NCBI GenBank assembly: GCA_964596615.1 | Contig: CAZQUN010000002.1 | Coordinates: 11,332 to 75,331, forward strand | DNA length: 64,000 bases | Direction of reading: 5' to 3' | From: an uncultured Candidatus Saccharibacteria bacterium | GTDB taxonomy: Bacteria; Patescibacteriota; Minisyncoccia; Portnoybacterales; UBA2143 | In this document: piece after piece, positions 1 through 9,801 of the stretch | How positions within the stretch are numbered: the first letter of the stretch is position 1 | Layout: each line of letters begins with the position of its first letter | Notes under the pieces: model-generated | The model's input: only the letters and a program-made list of their open reading frames with translations | Told to the model about the DNA's origin: nothing | The model's database searches: none | Made by a program: the position numbers and the translations under genes

Positions 1-691
1 AACGCCTAAACTTAGGCCAGAAATAATTCTGTTGCGCTGAGGAAAGTTCTGAGCAAAAGGACGGGTAGCCAATCGGGTATTCGCTGATAAGAGCGCCATT
101 CTGGCTGATTTCTTCAGCCAAGCGTTGATTCTGGTAAGGATAAATACTTCTCTTATCCAAACCGGATCCCAAGACAGCAATTGTCCTTCCTTTGGATTTT
201 ATTGTTGCCTGATGGGCCAGAGTATCAATTCCCTTGGCCAAGCCACTGACAATAGTTAATCCTGATTGAGATAATTCAGTTGTAATTAAAGGGGTAATTT
301 GTTTTCCGTAGGAAGAAAGTTTTCTTGGCCCAACAACACCCAAACTGAATTTATCTTTTGGTTTAAATTGGCCGCGAATATATAGCATTGCCGGCGGAGC
401 ATAAATCTCTTTAAGTAATCGGGGATAATTTTTATCAAAAACTGTAATTAGGTCAATATTTTCTTTTGAAAGTTTTTCCATTTCCAGGTCGGGGTTGATT
501 CTTGGTCTTTGTTTTCGGATTTTTTCAATAATTGACCGGTTTAGACCAGCCCGACCTAATTCTGTCAGACTAGATAACCAGGCATTTTCCAAGGATTCAA
601 AATGAGCAATTAATTTCTTAAAAGCAATTGGTCCAATTCCGCCAACCAGATTAAAAGCATTAAAATATTTTTTATTGACAATTCCCTCCAT
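1..691 (-). CDS. dprA: DNA processing protein DprA/Smf (runs off the 5' edge of the window, partial)
   Basis: Hand translation of the minus strand from the ATG at 689-691 gives MEGIVNKKYFNAFNLVGGIGPIAFKK...YAPPAMLYIRG...LGVVGPRK..., the DprA Rossmann-domain signature. The ORF continues past position 1. Confidence 0.75.
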   Translation of the reverse strand, partial: MEGIVNKKYFNAFNLVGGIGPIAFKKLIAHFESLENAWLSSLTELGRAGLNRSIIEKIRKQRPRINPDLEMEKLSKENIDLITVFDKNYPRLLKEIYAPPAMLYIRGQFKPKDKFSLGVVGPRKLSSYGKQITPLITTELSQSGLTIVSGLAKGIDTLAHQATIKSKGRTIAVLGSGLDKRSIYPYQNQRLAEEISQNGALISEYPIGYPSFCSELSSAQQNYFWPKFRR

Positions 692-885
692 TTTTTATAG
701 TATTCATTAATCCTAGCCATCACTAGCCTGCCCATAAAGTAGCCAGATGCCGGGCAATCCCTCCTAGCCTGGCTAGGCCGAAGGATTAGAGAGAGTTCAC
801 TTTTGTGAATTTTCTCTAACGCTTCTGGGTAGGCTAGTGGTGACTAGGTTGTAGTTTTTTCAGAACTAACATCAAGGAGGCAAAG

Positions 886-1089
886 ATGAATAAACAAGGC
901 AAGTTTTATGTTATTGTTACTCTGTTTTGCCTGATTTCGGTTAGCGTTGGAATCATAGTAACCTTCTTCTACCATCACTGCCTGGGAAGATATATAGTTA
1001 TAGGGATAGGAACTGGATACGTTGTCTTCAATCTCATTTTCTTTTCTTTTAATCATTATCGAAAGCCCGAAATCAGAGAATATTTTTAA
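886..1089 (+). CDS. small hydrophobic membrane protein (67 aa)
   Basis: Strong RBS AAGGAGG 8 nt upstream of the ATG; two predicted TM helices; overlaps the pth stop by a few codons. Confidence 0.4.
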   Translation: MNKQGKFYVIVTLFCLISVSVGIIVTFFYHHCLGRYIVIGIGTGYVVFNLIFFSFNHYRKPEIREYF

Positions 1090-1612
1090 TAACCTTCTTA
1101 GGGGCCGCCGCAATCAAACCGGCGGCCTTTTCAATTACTCCTTTAATAATCTTTTCTTCCTGGTCAGTAAAGTTTTCTAAAACAAATTTTTCCGTATCAA
1201 TATTTTCTTCTGCTGGTTTAATTCCAATTCTGATTCTAATAAAATCCTTTGTTCCTAAATGCTCAATAACTGATTCAACGCCTTTGTGTCCGGCGGCGCC
1301 TCTTGATTCCTGTAATTTTACTTCTCCCAAATTTAAATCAATGTCATCATGGATAATTAAAATATCCTGGCTCGGTATTTTGAAATAGTCAGCAATGGCC
1401 TTAACGCTCTGGCCGGAGTTATTCATAAAGGTCAGCGGCTTGGATAAAACGATATTATTCTTTTTGCCAATCAGAGCATTGAATTTCTTATCCTCTTTTA
1501 ATTGATTAATCTCCATTTCTTCTGTCAGAAAATCAACAACCCGCCAACCGAGATTATGGCGGGTTTTTTCATATTTCTCTCCAGGATTACCTAATCCAAC
1601 AATTAATTTCAT
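1073..1612 (-). CDS. pth: peptidyl-tRNA hydrolase
   Basis: MKLIVGLGNPGEKYEKTRHNLGW N-terminal Pth signature; 179 aa. Confidence 0.9.
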   Translation of the reverse strand: MKLIVGLGNPGEKYEKTRHNLGWRVVDFLTEEMEINQLKEDKKFNALIGKKNNIVLSKPLTFMNNSGQSVKAIADYFKIPSQDILIIHDDIDLNLGEVKLQESRGAAGHKGVESVIEHLGTKDFIRIRIGIKPAEENIDTEKFVLENFTDQEEKIIKGVIEKAAGLIAAAPKKVIKNIL

Positions 1613-2607
1613 TGATTAATACTTTCCTTAATATATTCCTTTATCTTCTGGTAATTTCCCTGTCCAACAACGGGATAGACAACCGAAGCCATTTGTTCCC
1701 CAAACATGACTCCGCCACCGGTTAGAAGACCAGTTTCCTTTCTATCAACAACAACACTCCTTATTCTATCAGCTCCAATCTCTTTGGCAATTTGGTAAAA
1801 AAGCCGCATTTCTAAAAGAGAAAGGTCGGTCTCAATCCGTTCATTAAGGGAATTAAATATTTTGAGATAAGTTGGAAAGTCCCATAAGGGATTAAGAGCC
1901 AGAACTTTTTGTTTTAAAAGTTGAATAACCTGCTGCTGACGAGCCATTCGGTCAAAGTCGCCGTTAGGCGAGGTATAGCGGGTCCGAACATATTTCAAAG
2001 CATTCTCTCCATCAAGGTAGCGCCAGCCAGCCGCTAAATCAAATGTTTGGTAAGTATGATTTGGCCCGGGGAAATATGGGTCATGGATGTCTTGTCTGAC
2101 ATAGACATTAAGACCATCAATTAAATCAATGACTTCTTTGAAAACAACCAGGTCAATAATGAGATGATTATCAACTGAAAGACCGGTAATTTCTTTAATT
2201 TTCTCTTTCAGGCCCTCTATGCCGGATAGAGTATAGAGAGAATTGATTTTAGTCAGATTTCCCTTTTCAGGAACCCTAACAAGCAAATCCCTTGGCAAAG
2301 AAATCAGAGTTGCTTTTTTGGATGAATCGCTTTGGTCAATACGGGCCAGGATAATGGTATCGGTTAAATTACTGCCGGAATAGCCCGGTCCTGGCCGACC
2401 AAGAATTAAGATGTTTTTTTCCAAATCCTTATCCCCTGAGATTATTGGAAGAGATTTGAAGACAATTTTTCTTTCTCCTGATAATTCTTGACCCGAATGA
2501 ACCTCAAAAGAAGAAGAAGGCACCATCTGATAAAGAAAAAAAAGAAACAAGAAAAACGTTAAAAATACAATCCAGGAAACAATTCTTTTTTTCTTTTTCC
2601 CTGTCAT
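1609..2607 (-). CDS. LytR-CpsA-Psr (LCP) family cell-envelope transferase
   Basis: N-terminal TM helix, then ILGRPGPGYSGSNLTDTIILARID...ISLPRDL, typical of the LCP domain. Confidence 0.75.
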   Translation of the reverse strand: MTGKKKKRIVSWIVFLTFFLFLFFLYQMVPSSSFEVHSGQELSGERKIVFKSLPIISGDKDLEKNILILGRPGPGYSGSNLTDTIILARIDQSDSSKKATLISLPRDLLVRVPEKGNLTKINSLYTLSGIEGLKEKIKEITGLSVDNHLIIDLVVFKEVIDLIDGLNVYVRQDIHDPYFPGPNHTYQTFDLAAGWRYLDGENALKYVRTRYTSPNGDFDRMARQQQVIQLLKQKVLALNPLWDFPTYLKIFNSLNERIETDLSLLEMRLFYQIAKEIGADRIRSVVVDRKETGLLTGGGVMFGEQMASVVYPVVGQGNYQKIKEYIKESINQ

Positions 2608-2657
2608 TCTTCAAAGTATATCAGAGTGGTTGATTTTCAACAAGAAATGGTTTAGAA

Positions 2658-3185
2658 TTGGAAGCAATGAAAAAAATACTGACTTTTGTCTGGGAAACAG
2701 TTAAAATCGTGGTCATTTCTCTGGCTATCATTATCCCAGTCCGATATTACTTAATCCAACCGTTTTTCGTTCGCGGGGCTTCAATGGAGCCCAATTTTGA
2801 TAATGGTCAATATTTAGTAATTAATGAAATTGGCTATCGTTTTGATAATCCCCAGCGCGGAGATGTCATTGTTTTCAAATATCCCCTTGATCCCTCCCAG
2901 TATTACATTAAGAGAATTGTCGGCCTTCCCGGAGAAATAGTGGAGATTAAAGATAGCCGGGTTTTTATCAATAGTCTTCGACTTGACGAAAAAAGTTATC
3001 TTTCTGAAGGAATGACAACCGAAGGAGAAACCAGAATAGAATTAGGCAACGAAGAGTATTTTGTTTTAGGCGATAACCGGAAAGCTAGTTCTGATTCAAG
3101 GCGATGGGGAGCTTTGCCAGAAGAAAATATTGTTGGTCAGGTTTGGATAAGAGCCTGGCCTTTTAATCAAGCGGAGGTTTTTTAA
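2658..3185 (+). CDS. lepB: signal peptidase I
   Basis: GASMEPNF (catalytic Ser), VFKYP, YIKRIVGLPGE and GDNRKASSDSRRWG boxes. Confidence 0.9.
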   Translation: MEAMKKILTFVWETVKIVVISLAIIIPVRYYLIQPFFVRGASMEPNFDNGQYLVINEIGYRFDNPQRGDVIVFKYPLDPSQYYIKRIVGLPGEIVEIKDSRVFINSLRLDEKSYLSEGMTTEGETRIELGNEEYFVLGDNRKASSDSRRWGALPEENIVGQVWIRAWPFNQAEVF

Positions 3186-3194
3186 TTTAAAACT

Positions 3195-4502
3195 ATGCCT
3201 AAAAAAACCAAAACAACAACTCCAAAAAGGAAAAGATCCTTTCAGGCGCCGAAAGGAACAAGAGATATTCTACCCCAAGAACAGGTCTATTGGGAAAAAG
3301 TCAGACAGGTAATTTCTAAAACGGCTAAAACCTACGGCTTTGACCGGATTGATACTCCGGTAATAGAGGACGTTGATTTGTTTATCAGAGGAACTGGCGC
3401 AACAACCGATATTGTCCAAAAAGAAATGTATACTCTTAGAACAAAAGGAGGAGATAAACTAGTCCTTCGTCCGGAATTCACCCCGGCCATTATCAGGGCC
3501 TATCTTCAAAACGGACTTTCTTCTTTGCCACATCCAATTAAACTCTATAGTATCGGACCGGTCTTTCGCTATGAAAGATCTCAAAAAGGCCGCTATCGAC
3601 AGCACGAACAGGCTAATTTTGAAATCTTTGGCGAGAAAGACCCGGTCTTAGACGCTCAATTAATCCAATTATTTTTCTCCGTTATCAAAGGAGTTGGCCT
3701 TAAAAATGTCATTACCCAGATTAACAGTATTGGTTGTCGTCAATGCCGACCAGCCTATCGAAAGAAACTGGTTAATTTCTATCGGAGGAAAAAAAAGGAA
3801 ATTTGTTCTGATTGCCAAAAACGGCTTCTACAAAATCCTTTAAGATTACTTGATTGCAAAAATGAAAAGTGCGTTTTAATAGCCAGAGAAGCGCCCCAGA
3901 CAATTGATAATCTTTGTCCGGAATGTCATGACCATTTTAAGAATGTTCTTGAATATCTCGATGAAGTTGAAATTCCATACATTCTTAATTCCAATCTGGT
4001 CAGAGGACTGGACTATTACACCAAAACCGTTTTTGAGGTCTGGCCGGAAGAAGAAGATGGCCGACAAATTGCTCTGGGCGGCGGCGGTCGTTACGATGGA
4101 CTGGTTAGGCTCCTCGGTGGCAAAGATACGCCCGGGACTGGTTTTGCTATGGGATTGGACAGGATAGTTAACCTGATGATAGAAAAAGATGTTAAAGTTC
4201 CTTCAAGGAATTCATCCCTAGTTTTTCTGGTCCAATTAGGAGAATTAGGCAAGAAAAAATCCTTAAAATTATTTGAGGAATTAAGACAGGCCGGCATAGA
4301 AACATCAAGTTCGTTTAGTAAAAATACAATCAAGAGTCAGTTGAAAATTGCCGACAAGATGAATGCTCGTTTTGCTCTAATTCTGGGACAAAAAGAAGCC
4401 CTGGATGAAACTATCATTATCCGGGATATGGCTTCCGGCAGCCAGGAAACCGTTTCCCTGGAAAAGGTTGTTAAAGAAATTAAAAAAAGAGTTAAAAAGT
4501 AA
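3195..4502 (+). CDS. hisS: histidyl-tRNA synthetase
   Basis: FQAPKGTRDILP motif, class II aaRS motifs, C-terminal anticodon-binding domain; 435 aa. Confidence 0.9.
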   Translation: MPKKTKTTTPKRKRSFQAPKGTRDILPQEQVYWEKVRQVISKTAKTYGFDRIDTPVIEDVDLFIRGTGATTDIVQKEMYTLRTKGGDKLVLRPEFTPAIIRAYLQNGLSSLPHPIKLYSIGPVFRYERSQKGRYRQHEQANFEIFGEKDPVLDAQLIQLFFSVIKGVGLKNVITQINSIGCRQCRPAYRKKLVNFYRRKKKEICSDCQKRLLQNPLRLLDCKNEKCVLIAREAPQTIDNLCPECHDHFKNVLEYLDEVEIPYILNSNLVRGLDYYTKTVFEVWPEEEDGRQIALGGGGRYDGLVRLLGGKDTPGTGFAMGLDRIVNLMIEKDVKVPSRNSSLVFLVQLGELGKKKSLKLFEELRQAGIETSSSFSKNTIKSQLKIADKMNARFALILGQKEALDETIIIRDMASGSQETVSLEKVVKEIKKRVKK

Positions 4503-4840
4503 TGAGGGATTGTATTTTCTGCCAAATTGCTAATCACAAGCAAAAGGCCGATATTGTCTTTGAAAATGACCAGATAATCATTTTTAAGGATATTAGCCCC
4601 AAGGCGCCGATTCATCTTTTGATTGTTCCAAAAAAGCATATCAGATCAATCAATGATTTAGAAAAAGAAGATAAGCCCCTGATTAATGACATGATTTTCT
4701 TGGCCAGAGATTTAGCTAAAAAGCAAAAGATTGATCAAAAAGGATACCGTTTAGTTTTCTGTGTTGAAAAAGGAGGCGGTCAGACAGTTTTTCACCTTCA
4801 CCTTCATTTATTAGGCGGGGGACCAATAAAGGAATTCTAA
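4502..4840 (+). CDS. HIT-family nucleotide hydrolase
   Basis: HLHLHLLGG histidine-triad motif; 112 aa; start overlaps the hisS stop. Confidence 0.85.
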   Translation: MRDCIFCQIANHKQKADIVFENDQIIIFKDISPKAPIHLLIVPKKHIRSINDLEKEDKPLINDMIFLARDLAKKQKIDQKGYRLVFCVEKGGGQTVFHLHLHLLGGGPIKEF

Positions 4841-5068
4841 ATGGAAGAAAAAATTACTCTTAGTTCAAAAAAGAAATGGTTTTGGCTGGCTATCGCTGTT
4901 ACTTTAATTAGTCCTGTTTCGGGGATAGTTTTGGCTGTTGCTTTTCTAACAGAAGAAGATTTGAAAAAGCAAGGCAGAATTATCCTGGTCCTCTCCATTA
5001 TCTGGGGAGTAATTTCTGTCTATTTAATAAGATGGATGGCTAACAAGGGATATCTTCCTGCCTACTAA
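4841..5068 (+). CDS. small membrane protein (2 TM)
   Basis: Hydrophobic 75-aa ORF tightly packed between HIT and the permease. Confidence 0.4.
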   Translation: MEEKITLSSKKKWFWLAIAVTLISPVSGIVLAVAFLTEEDLKKQGRIILVLSIIWGVISVYLIRWMANKGYLPAY

Positions 5069-5072
5069 AAAA

Positions 5073-6212
5073 ATGAGAGATAAAAATTTCTTCAAAGCCT
5101 TGGCAACTTTAACCGGAACCATTATTGGGGTCGGGCTTTTTAGTTTACCCTATATCACCTCAAAAGTTGGCATCTGGACAATGCTCCTCTATTTCCTCAT
5201 TATCGGAGTAATTGCTCTTTTAACGAATTTTGTTTATGGAGAAATAATTTTAAGAACCAAAGGACTTCATCGTCTGCCGGGCTATGCTGAGAAATATTTG
5301 GGCAAATGGGCGAAAGGACTTTCTTTTTTGAGTAATAGTTTAGGTTTGGGCGGCGCTCTCCTGGCTTATCTGGTTGTTGGCGGCGGATTCCTTTTTTCTC
5401 TTTTTAATCCTTTTTTTGGCCAAAGCCTTCTTTTCTATGTTTTAACCCTGTTTTTAATCGGTTCCCTTTTAATATATTTCGGCATTAAAAGCATTGCCCG
5501 GGTTGAATCAATTCTTCTAATCCTATTCTTCATTGTCCTGCTCTTTATCTTTCAAAAAGGTTTTTCTCTGATTGAAACAGGGAATTTATTCAATTTCAAT
5601 CCAACCTATTTATTCCTTCCCTACGGAGCGGTTCTCTTTTCTCTTTTTGGCAGTTCTTTAATTCCGGAAATCAGAGAAATGCTTAAAGATAATCCTAAAG
5701 ATTTAAAAAAAGTAATCTTCTGGTCAATTTTAATTTCAGCTCTGACTTATCTTTTCTTTATCATTATTATCACCGGCATTACTGGTCAGAATACAACCGA
5801 TGATGCTATTACCGGTCTGAAAAACGTATTAGGCAATGGCATTGTTAATCTCGCTCTCATTTTCGGCTTTTTAACCGTTTTTACTTCATTTTTAACAATT
5901 GGTTTGACTCTTAAAAAAATCCTCTGGTATGATATTGGAATAAAAAAGAATTTGTCCTGGGCATTGGCCTGCTTTGTTCCCCTAATATTCTTCCTTCTTG
6001 GTTTTAATAATTTCATTACTATTATTAGCCTGGCCGGGGGAGTCTTTTTAGGTATTGATATTACTTTAATGATTCTGATTTATCTTAAAGCCAAGAAAAG
6101 AGGAGATATGCAGCCGGCTTATTCTCTTAATCTTCCTCGTCTTTTAATTTACTCCCTAATCCTGTTTTTCATCCTTGGCGCCATTTACGAGATCTATTAT
6201 TTTGTTAGATAA
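5073..6212 (+). CDS. amino-acid permease-like polytopic membrane protein (Trp/Tyr permease-like)
   Basis: About 11 TM segments; N-terminal FKALATLTGTIIGVGLFSLPY resembles the substrate-binding TM1 of amino-acid/aromatic permeases. Confidence 0.45.
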   Translation: MRDKNFFKALATLTGTIIGVGLFSLPYITSKVGIWTMLLYFLIIGVIALLTNFVYGEIILRTKGLHRLPGYAEKYLGKWAKGLSFLSNSLGLGGALLAYLVVGGGFLFSLFNPFFGQSLLFYVLTLFLIGSLLIYFGIKSIARVESILLILFFIVLLFIFQKGFSLIETGNLFNFNPTYLFLPYGAVLFSLFGSSLIPEIREMLKDNPKDLKKVIFWSILISALTYLFFIIIITGITGQNTTDDAITGLKNVLGNGIVNLALIFGFLTVFTSFLTIGLTLKKILWYDIGIKKNLSWALACFVPLIFFLLGFNNFITIISLAGGVFLGIDITLMILIYLKAKKRGDMQPAYSLNLPRLLIYSLILFFILGAIYEIYYFVR

Positions 6213-6289
6213 GACTGTTAGACGTTCGGTGTCTAACACCTAAATTTTTGGTATTTAACGTTCTTTACCAAATTAGAAAAGGAGGAACA

Positions 6290-6946
6290 ATGATACTTAA
6301 GAAAAAGAAAGTATTGTACTTTTATCTGGCGCGTTCGTTTTTTATTCCCGTCATGGTACTCGGTGGAGCCTTTCAGGTATTAGTTGGATTGGGTAATATT
6401 AATGATAATGCATGGTTATTTTTAGGCTATATGACTTCTGTCGTTGTCATAGTGAGCTTATGTTGGTTGGGTTATATTCTTGTTCGTAAAGCAGAAGAAG
6501 AATTGGAAAAGGAAATGGCTTCCGAATCTTCTAAGAATTGCATGAGGTGTCAGATAGACGAGGGGCTTTATCCAGAAGTGCCTTACTGTGAAGATTGCCT
6601 TGCGGTGATAGTCAACGAAATCAATGGATTAGCCAGTGAAGCAAAAAAAAGAATTGAGTTGGCCAAAGAGTTGGGTTTTGAAAAACAGGTTGAGGGAGCG
6701 AAGCAATGGTTTTTCCAAAATCTACCAGAACCGATTAAGTCGACAATCCACCAAGCAGTGCTTTCTCATCTAAGGGGTTATTTTCCTCAAGTTGAACCCT
6801 TCGAGGAATATAATAGGTATGATGGGAGTTTTCAGAAGGTCTCTATCGACAGTGCGTATCCAGAACGAAACATTCCATCCGAAGGATTAGAGATTCTAAA
6901 AAGGATAGCGCAAAAAAATCCTGAATTACTAACAAATGATTCATAA
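6290..6946 (+). CDS. hypothetical membrane protein with a C4 zinc-ribbon
   Basis: RBS GGAGG before the ATG at 6290; two TM helices, then CMRC...CEDC. Confidence 0.4.
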   Translation: MILKKKKVLYFYLARSFFIPVMVLGGAFQVLVGLGNINDNAWLFLGYMTSVVVIVSLCWLGYILVRKAEEELEKEMASESSKNCMRCQIDEGLYPEVPYCEDCLAVIVNEINGLASEAKKRIELAKELGFEKQVEGAKQWFFQNLPEPIKSTIHQAVLSHLRGYFPQVEPFEEYNRYDGSFQKVSIDSAYPERNIPSEGLEILKRIAQKNPELLTNDS

Positions 6947-6958
6947 GGGGGTAAAAAC

Positions 6959-7180
6959 ATGAATGAAGTAATATTAGATAAGCCCGGATTATTTCCTTTG
7001 ACAGGTCCTTTGCCGGAAATAGTAAAAACAAAGGATGCTATCTTATGGAAGAAGGCAAAGGCGCTTTTGCCGGATATTAGAGTTGAAGAGATAGGCCTTT
7101 TTGACGAGAGGGATGGTAGAGACCCAGTCATCGCCCTTAAAATTTTAGGGCAATGGTATAAAATCTATCAATGGGAATAG
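6959..7180 (+). CDS. hypothetical protein (73 aa)
   Basis: ORF with a GGGGGT RBS; followed by a hairpin plus T-run near 7208-7240. Confidence 0.3.
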   Translation: MNEVILDKPGLFPLTGPLPEIVKTKDAILWKKAKALLPDIRVEEIGLFDERDGRDPVIALKILGQWYKIYQWE

Positions 7181-7265
7181 CCAGTAAAAACGTTTGGAGA
7201 GGCGGAGAAGTAAGAACTCCGCCTTTATTTCTTGCTAAAAATAGGGTAGAATAAGGCAAAGAATA

Positions 7266-7466
7266 ATGGAAAAAAGAAAAAGGTTACCCAAGAGTATTCG
7301 TAAATATATTCGATTTCAAAAGTCTCGCATTCGGCGGGAGTTTTTAGATATTAAGAAGCAAAAAGAAGAAATTGACAAAATCTATCAAAAGATTTACAAT
7401 AAAGGCAATGAAAAACAAAAAAGAGACCTTCCGCAGTCCGACAAAAGGAAAAATGAAACTGGATAA
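7266..7466 (+). CDS. small highly basic Lys/Arg-rich protein (66 aa)
   Basis: ORF only. Composition suggests nucleic-acid binding. Overlaps the next gene by 14 nt. Confidence 0.25.
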   Translation: MEKRKRLPKSIRKYIRFQKSRIRREFLDIKKQKEEIDKIYQKIYNKGNEKQKRDLPQSDKRKNETG

Positions 7467-7902
7467 AGTTGTCCGGGAGATTTCAAATTACATTAACCAA
7501 GATTCCCAAAGCGAATACCGCTTGGTTGTCGGAACTGATTCTAATGGAAAACCAGAGGCTGATTTTATTACCGCCATTATTGTCCAGCAGGTTGGCCATG
7601 GAGGAAGGTATTTTTGGAAGAAAACCAACGGCGGCAAGATATATCATACGCTCCGGGACAGGATTTATGAGGAGGTATCACTTTCTCTTAAAACTGCTCA
7701 GGATATTTTAGGCGAGTTGGAATCTTTTCTTGAACCAAAGAAACCAACTTACGATTTTCAGATTCACATTGATGTTGGTCAAAAAGGACCAACCCGGGAA
7801 ATGATTAAAGAAGTTGTTGGTATGGTCCGGGGTAATGGCTTTAATGCTAAAATTAAACCTGAATCATACGCCGCTTCCAATATTGCAGATAAATATATTT
7901 AA
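7453..7902 (+). CDS. YkuK/DUF458-like (RNase H-like fold) protein
   Basis: Internal ATG at 7453 (MKLDKVVREISNY...); LVVGTDS...FITAIIVQQVGHGGRYFW resembles the DUF458 family. Family assignment from memory only. Confidence 0.4.
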   Translation: MKLDKVVREISNYINQDSQSEYRLVVGTDSNGKPEADFITAIIVQQVGHGGRYFWKKTNGGKIYHTLRDRIYEEVSLSLKTAQDILGELESFLEPKKPTYDFQIHIDVGQKGPTREMIKEVVGMVRGNGFNAKIKPESYAASNIADKYI

Positions 7903-7925
7903 ATTATGAGGCATCATTAGGAGAT

Positions 7926-7947
7926 AGTCCGTTTTGGACTTTTTTTA
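7926..7947 (+). terminator. intrinsic terminator
   Basis: AGTCCGTTTTGGACT hairpin followed by TTTTTTT. Confidence 0.6.
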
Positions 7948-7982
7948 TTGTCTTTATGCTTTCCAGACTATACAATTAAATT

Positions 7983-8768
7983 ATGTCAATAAGAATAAGA
8001 AGCAAAAATGCTATTCTAGAACTATTAAAAGATGGTGTTAGTTTTGAAAAAATTATCTTAGCTGATGATCTAAAGCAGGATGATTTAACAAAAGAGATTT
8101 TATCAATAACAATCAGCCAAAATGTGCCGATTGAAAAGACGCCTCGTCGCAGAATGGGCAAAGGAAGAAGTGGAAAAAGCCAAGAAGTTTTGGTTGGTTT
8201 TTTGGCTCCTAAAAATACCTGGTCTTTCAAAGACCTTTTAGACCATCTTTTAAAAGAGAATCAAGACCCATTTTTCCTTTTAATAAACAGAGTTGAGTAT
8301 CCTAATAATATCGGTGCTATCGCCAGAACAGCCTTTGCAGCTGGCGTAAATGGTTTAATCTTTCAGGGAGAAAAAGATTACTTTCTCAATGAAGAAACTG
8401 TTCATTTCTCAATGGGCGCTATCGCCAGAATTCCTCTTGTAAAAATGAATATTTTTGAAGCCTTAAAAGAACTTCAGAAGAATGGCATTAGAACCTTCTC
8501 TATTGAAATGGAGGGTCTGTCTTGTTTTGAAGAAAATCTTTCTGGTCCAGTTGCCTTTATTCTAGGCGCCGAAGGAAGAGGAGTGTCAGAAAAAATATCG
8601 AATCGATGTGATAAAAAAATATCTATTCCAATGCGCAAGGGAATAAATTCACTTAACGTCAGCATCAGCGCCGCTATTATCATCTATGAAAAGATTCGTC
8701 AAGAAGGTGTAATCTATTTAACGAAGAATGGTCAAGGTTGTGCTTTTGACAAAAAACCGGAGAAATAG
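7983..8768 (+). CDS. SpoU/TrmH-family RNA 2'-O-methyltransferase
   Basis: NIGAIARTAFAAGVNGLIF, ILGAEGRGVS and NVSISAAIIIYE SPOUT-class motifs. Confidence 0.8.
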   Translation: MSIRIRSKNAILELLKDGVSFEKIILADDLKQDDLTKEILSITISQNVPIEKTPRRRMGKGRSGKSQEVLVGFLAPKNTWSFKDLLDHLLKENQDPFFLLINRVEYPNNIGAIARTAFAAGVNGLIFQGEKDYFLNEETVHFSMGAIARIPLVKMNIFEALKELQKNGIRTFSIEMEGLSCFEENLSGPVAFILGAEGRGVSEKISNRCDKKISIPMRKGINSLNVSISAAIIIYEKIRQEGVIYLTKNGQGCAFDKKPEK

Positions 8769-8800
8769 TAGGATAAGATAGATAATTAAATTATTCAAAT

Positions 8801-9541
8801 ATGAATGGAGACGAGAAAATTAGGAAAAAAATATTGGTTCCGGCCTCAAAGCTGCCCCAGGTAGCTAAAGAAGAAAAAATCAAGGAAAAAAATGATTTTA
8901 AGGAATCAGTTCAATGGAGAATATTCCGAATTATGGCCGAGTTTGTTGATGGATTTGAATTCCTGAGTGATTTTTCAAAGTCAGTCACTTTTTTTGGTTC
9001 AGCCCGGGTTTCTCCTGATGATCCTCGCTACAAAGAAGCAGAGAAACTGGCTGGAATGCTTTCAAAAGAAGGATTCGCTGTTTTTACCGGCGGCGGACCG
9101 GGAATAATGGAAGGGGCCAACAAGGGAGCCTATAATGCTGACGGAGAATCAGTTGGATTAGATATTCAATTAAAGTATGCCCAGCGGATGAACGAATTCA
9201 TTAAAAAAGCTATGGGCTTCCACTATTTCTTCACCCGCAAAGTCATGCTTTCCTATTCAGCCCAGGCCTATGTTTTTTTCCCGGGTGGCTATGGAACCCT
9301 GGACGAGTTTTTTGAAATTTTAACCTTGATTCAGACAGAAAAGATTCCCCAATATATTCCAATTGTCTGTGTTGGTAAGAAATTCTGGGAACCATTGACT
9401 AAATGGATTGAGGAAGTCAGTTACGGAGAAAACAAATTTATTGATAAAAAGGATATGAATTTTTATCGCATTGTCGATTCAGCCGAAGAGGCATTGGAGA
9501 TAATTAAAAAATCCAAACCAAGAGATGACATCAATTTTTAA
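8801..9541 (+). CDS. LOG-family (TIGR00730) lysine-decarboxylase-like / cytokinin riboside 5'-monophosphate phosphoribohydrolase-like protein
   Basis: GGGPGIMEGANKGA and PGGYGTLDEFFE motifs. Confidence 0.8.
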   Translation: MNGDEKIRKKILVPASKLPQVAKEEKIKEKNDFKESVQWRIFRIMAEFVDGFEFLSDFSKSVTFFGSARVSPDDPRYKEAEKLAGMLSKEGFAVFTGGGPGIMEGANKGAYNADGESVGLDIQLKYAQRMNEFIKKAMGFHYFFTRKVMLSYSAQAYVFFPGGYGTLDEFFEILTLIQTEKIPQYIPIVCVGKKFWEPLTKWIEEVSYGENKFIDKKDMNFYRIVDSAEEALEIIKKSKPRDDINF

Positions 9542-9558
9542 AGGAGGTGATTTCTTTT

Positions 9559-9801
9559 ATGACTATAGAAGTAAAGAAAAAAGAAGGCGAGACAACTCGC
9601 AGTTTGTTAAGACGCTTTACCCGAAGAATTCAGCAGAGCGGTGTTTTGATTCGTGCCCGGAAAGCCAGGTTTCTGGAAAAAACAAAGAGTAAACGCGAAA
9701 GAAGGGAAGGCGCCCTAAGAAGAGACAAGATTTCCAAAGAAAAAGAAAAATTAAGGAAAATGGGTCTTTTAGAAGAAGAACCCAGATGGAAAAGAAGATA
9801 A
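9559..9801 (+). CDS. rpsU: 30S ribosomal protein S21
   Basis: RBS AAGGAGG, then MTIEVKKKEGETTRSLLRRFTRRIQQSGVLIRARKARFLEKTKSKRER matching the S21 consensus. Confidence 0.85.
   Translation: MTIEVKKKEGETTRSLLRRFTRRIQQSGVLIRARKARFLEKTKSKRERREGALRRDKISKEKEKLRKMGLLEEEPRWKRR

Noticed and set aside
3876-4639. Several 60-100-aa ORFs on both strands inside hisS (3876..4067, 3904..4167, 4091..4333, 4337..4639)
   Set aside because: They are nested in the confidently assigned hisS and HIT genes, so they are spurious.
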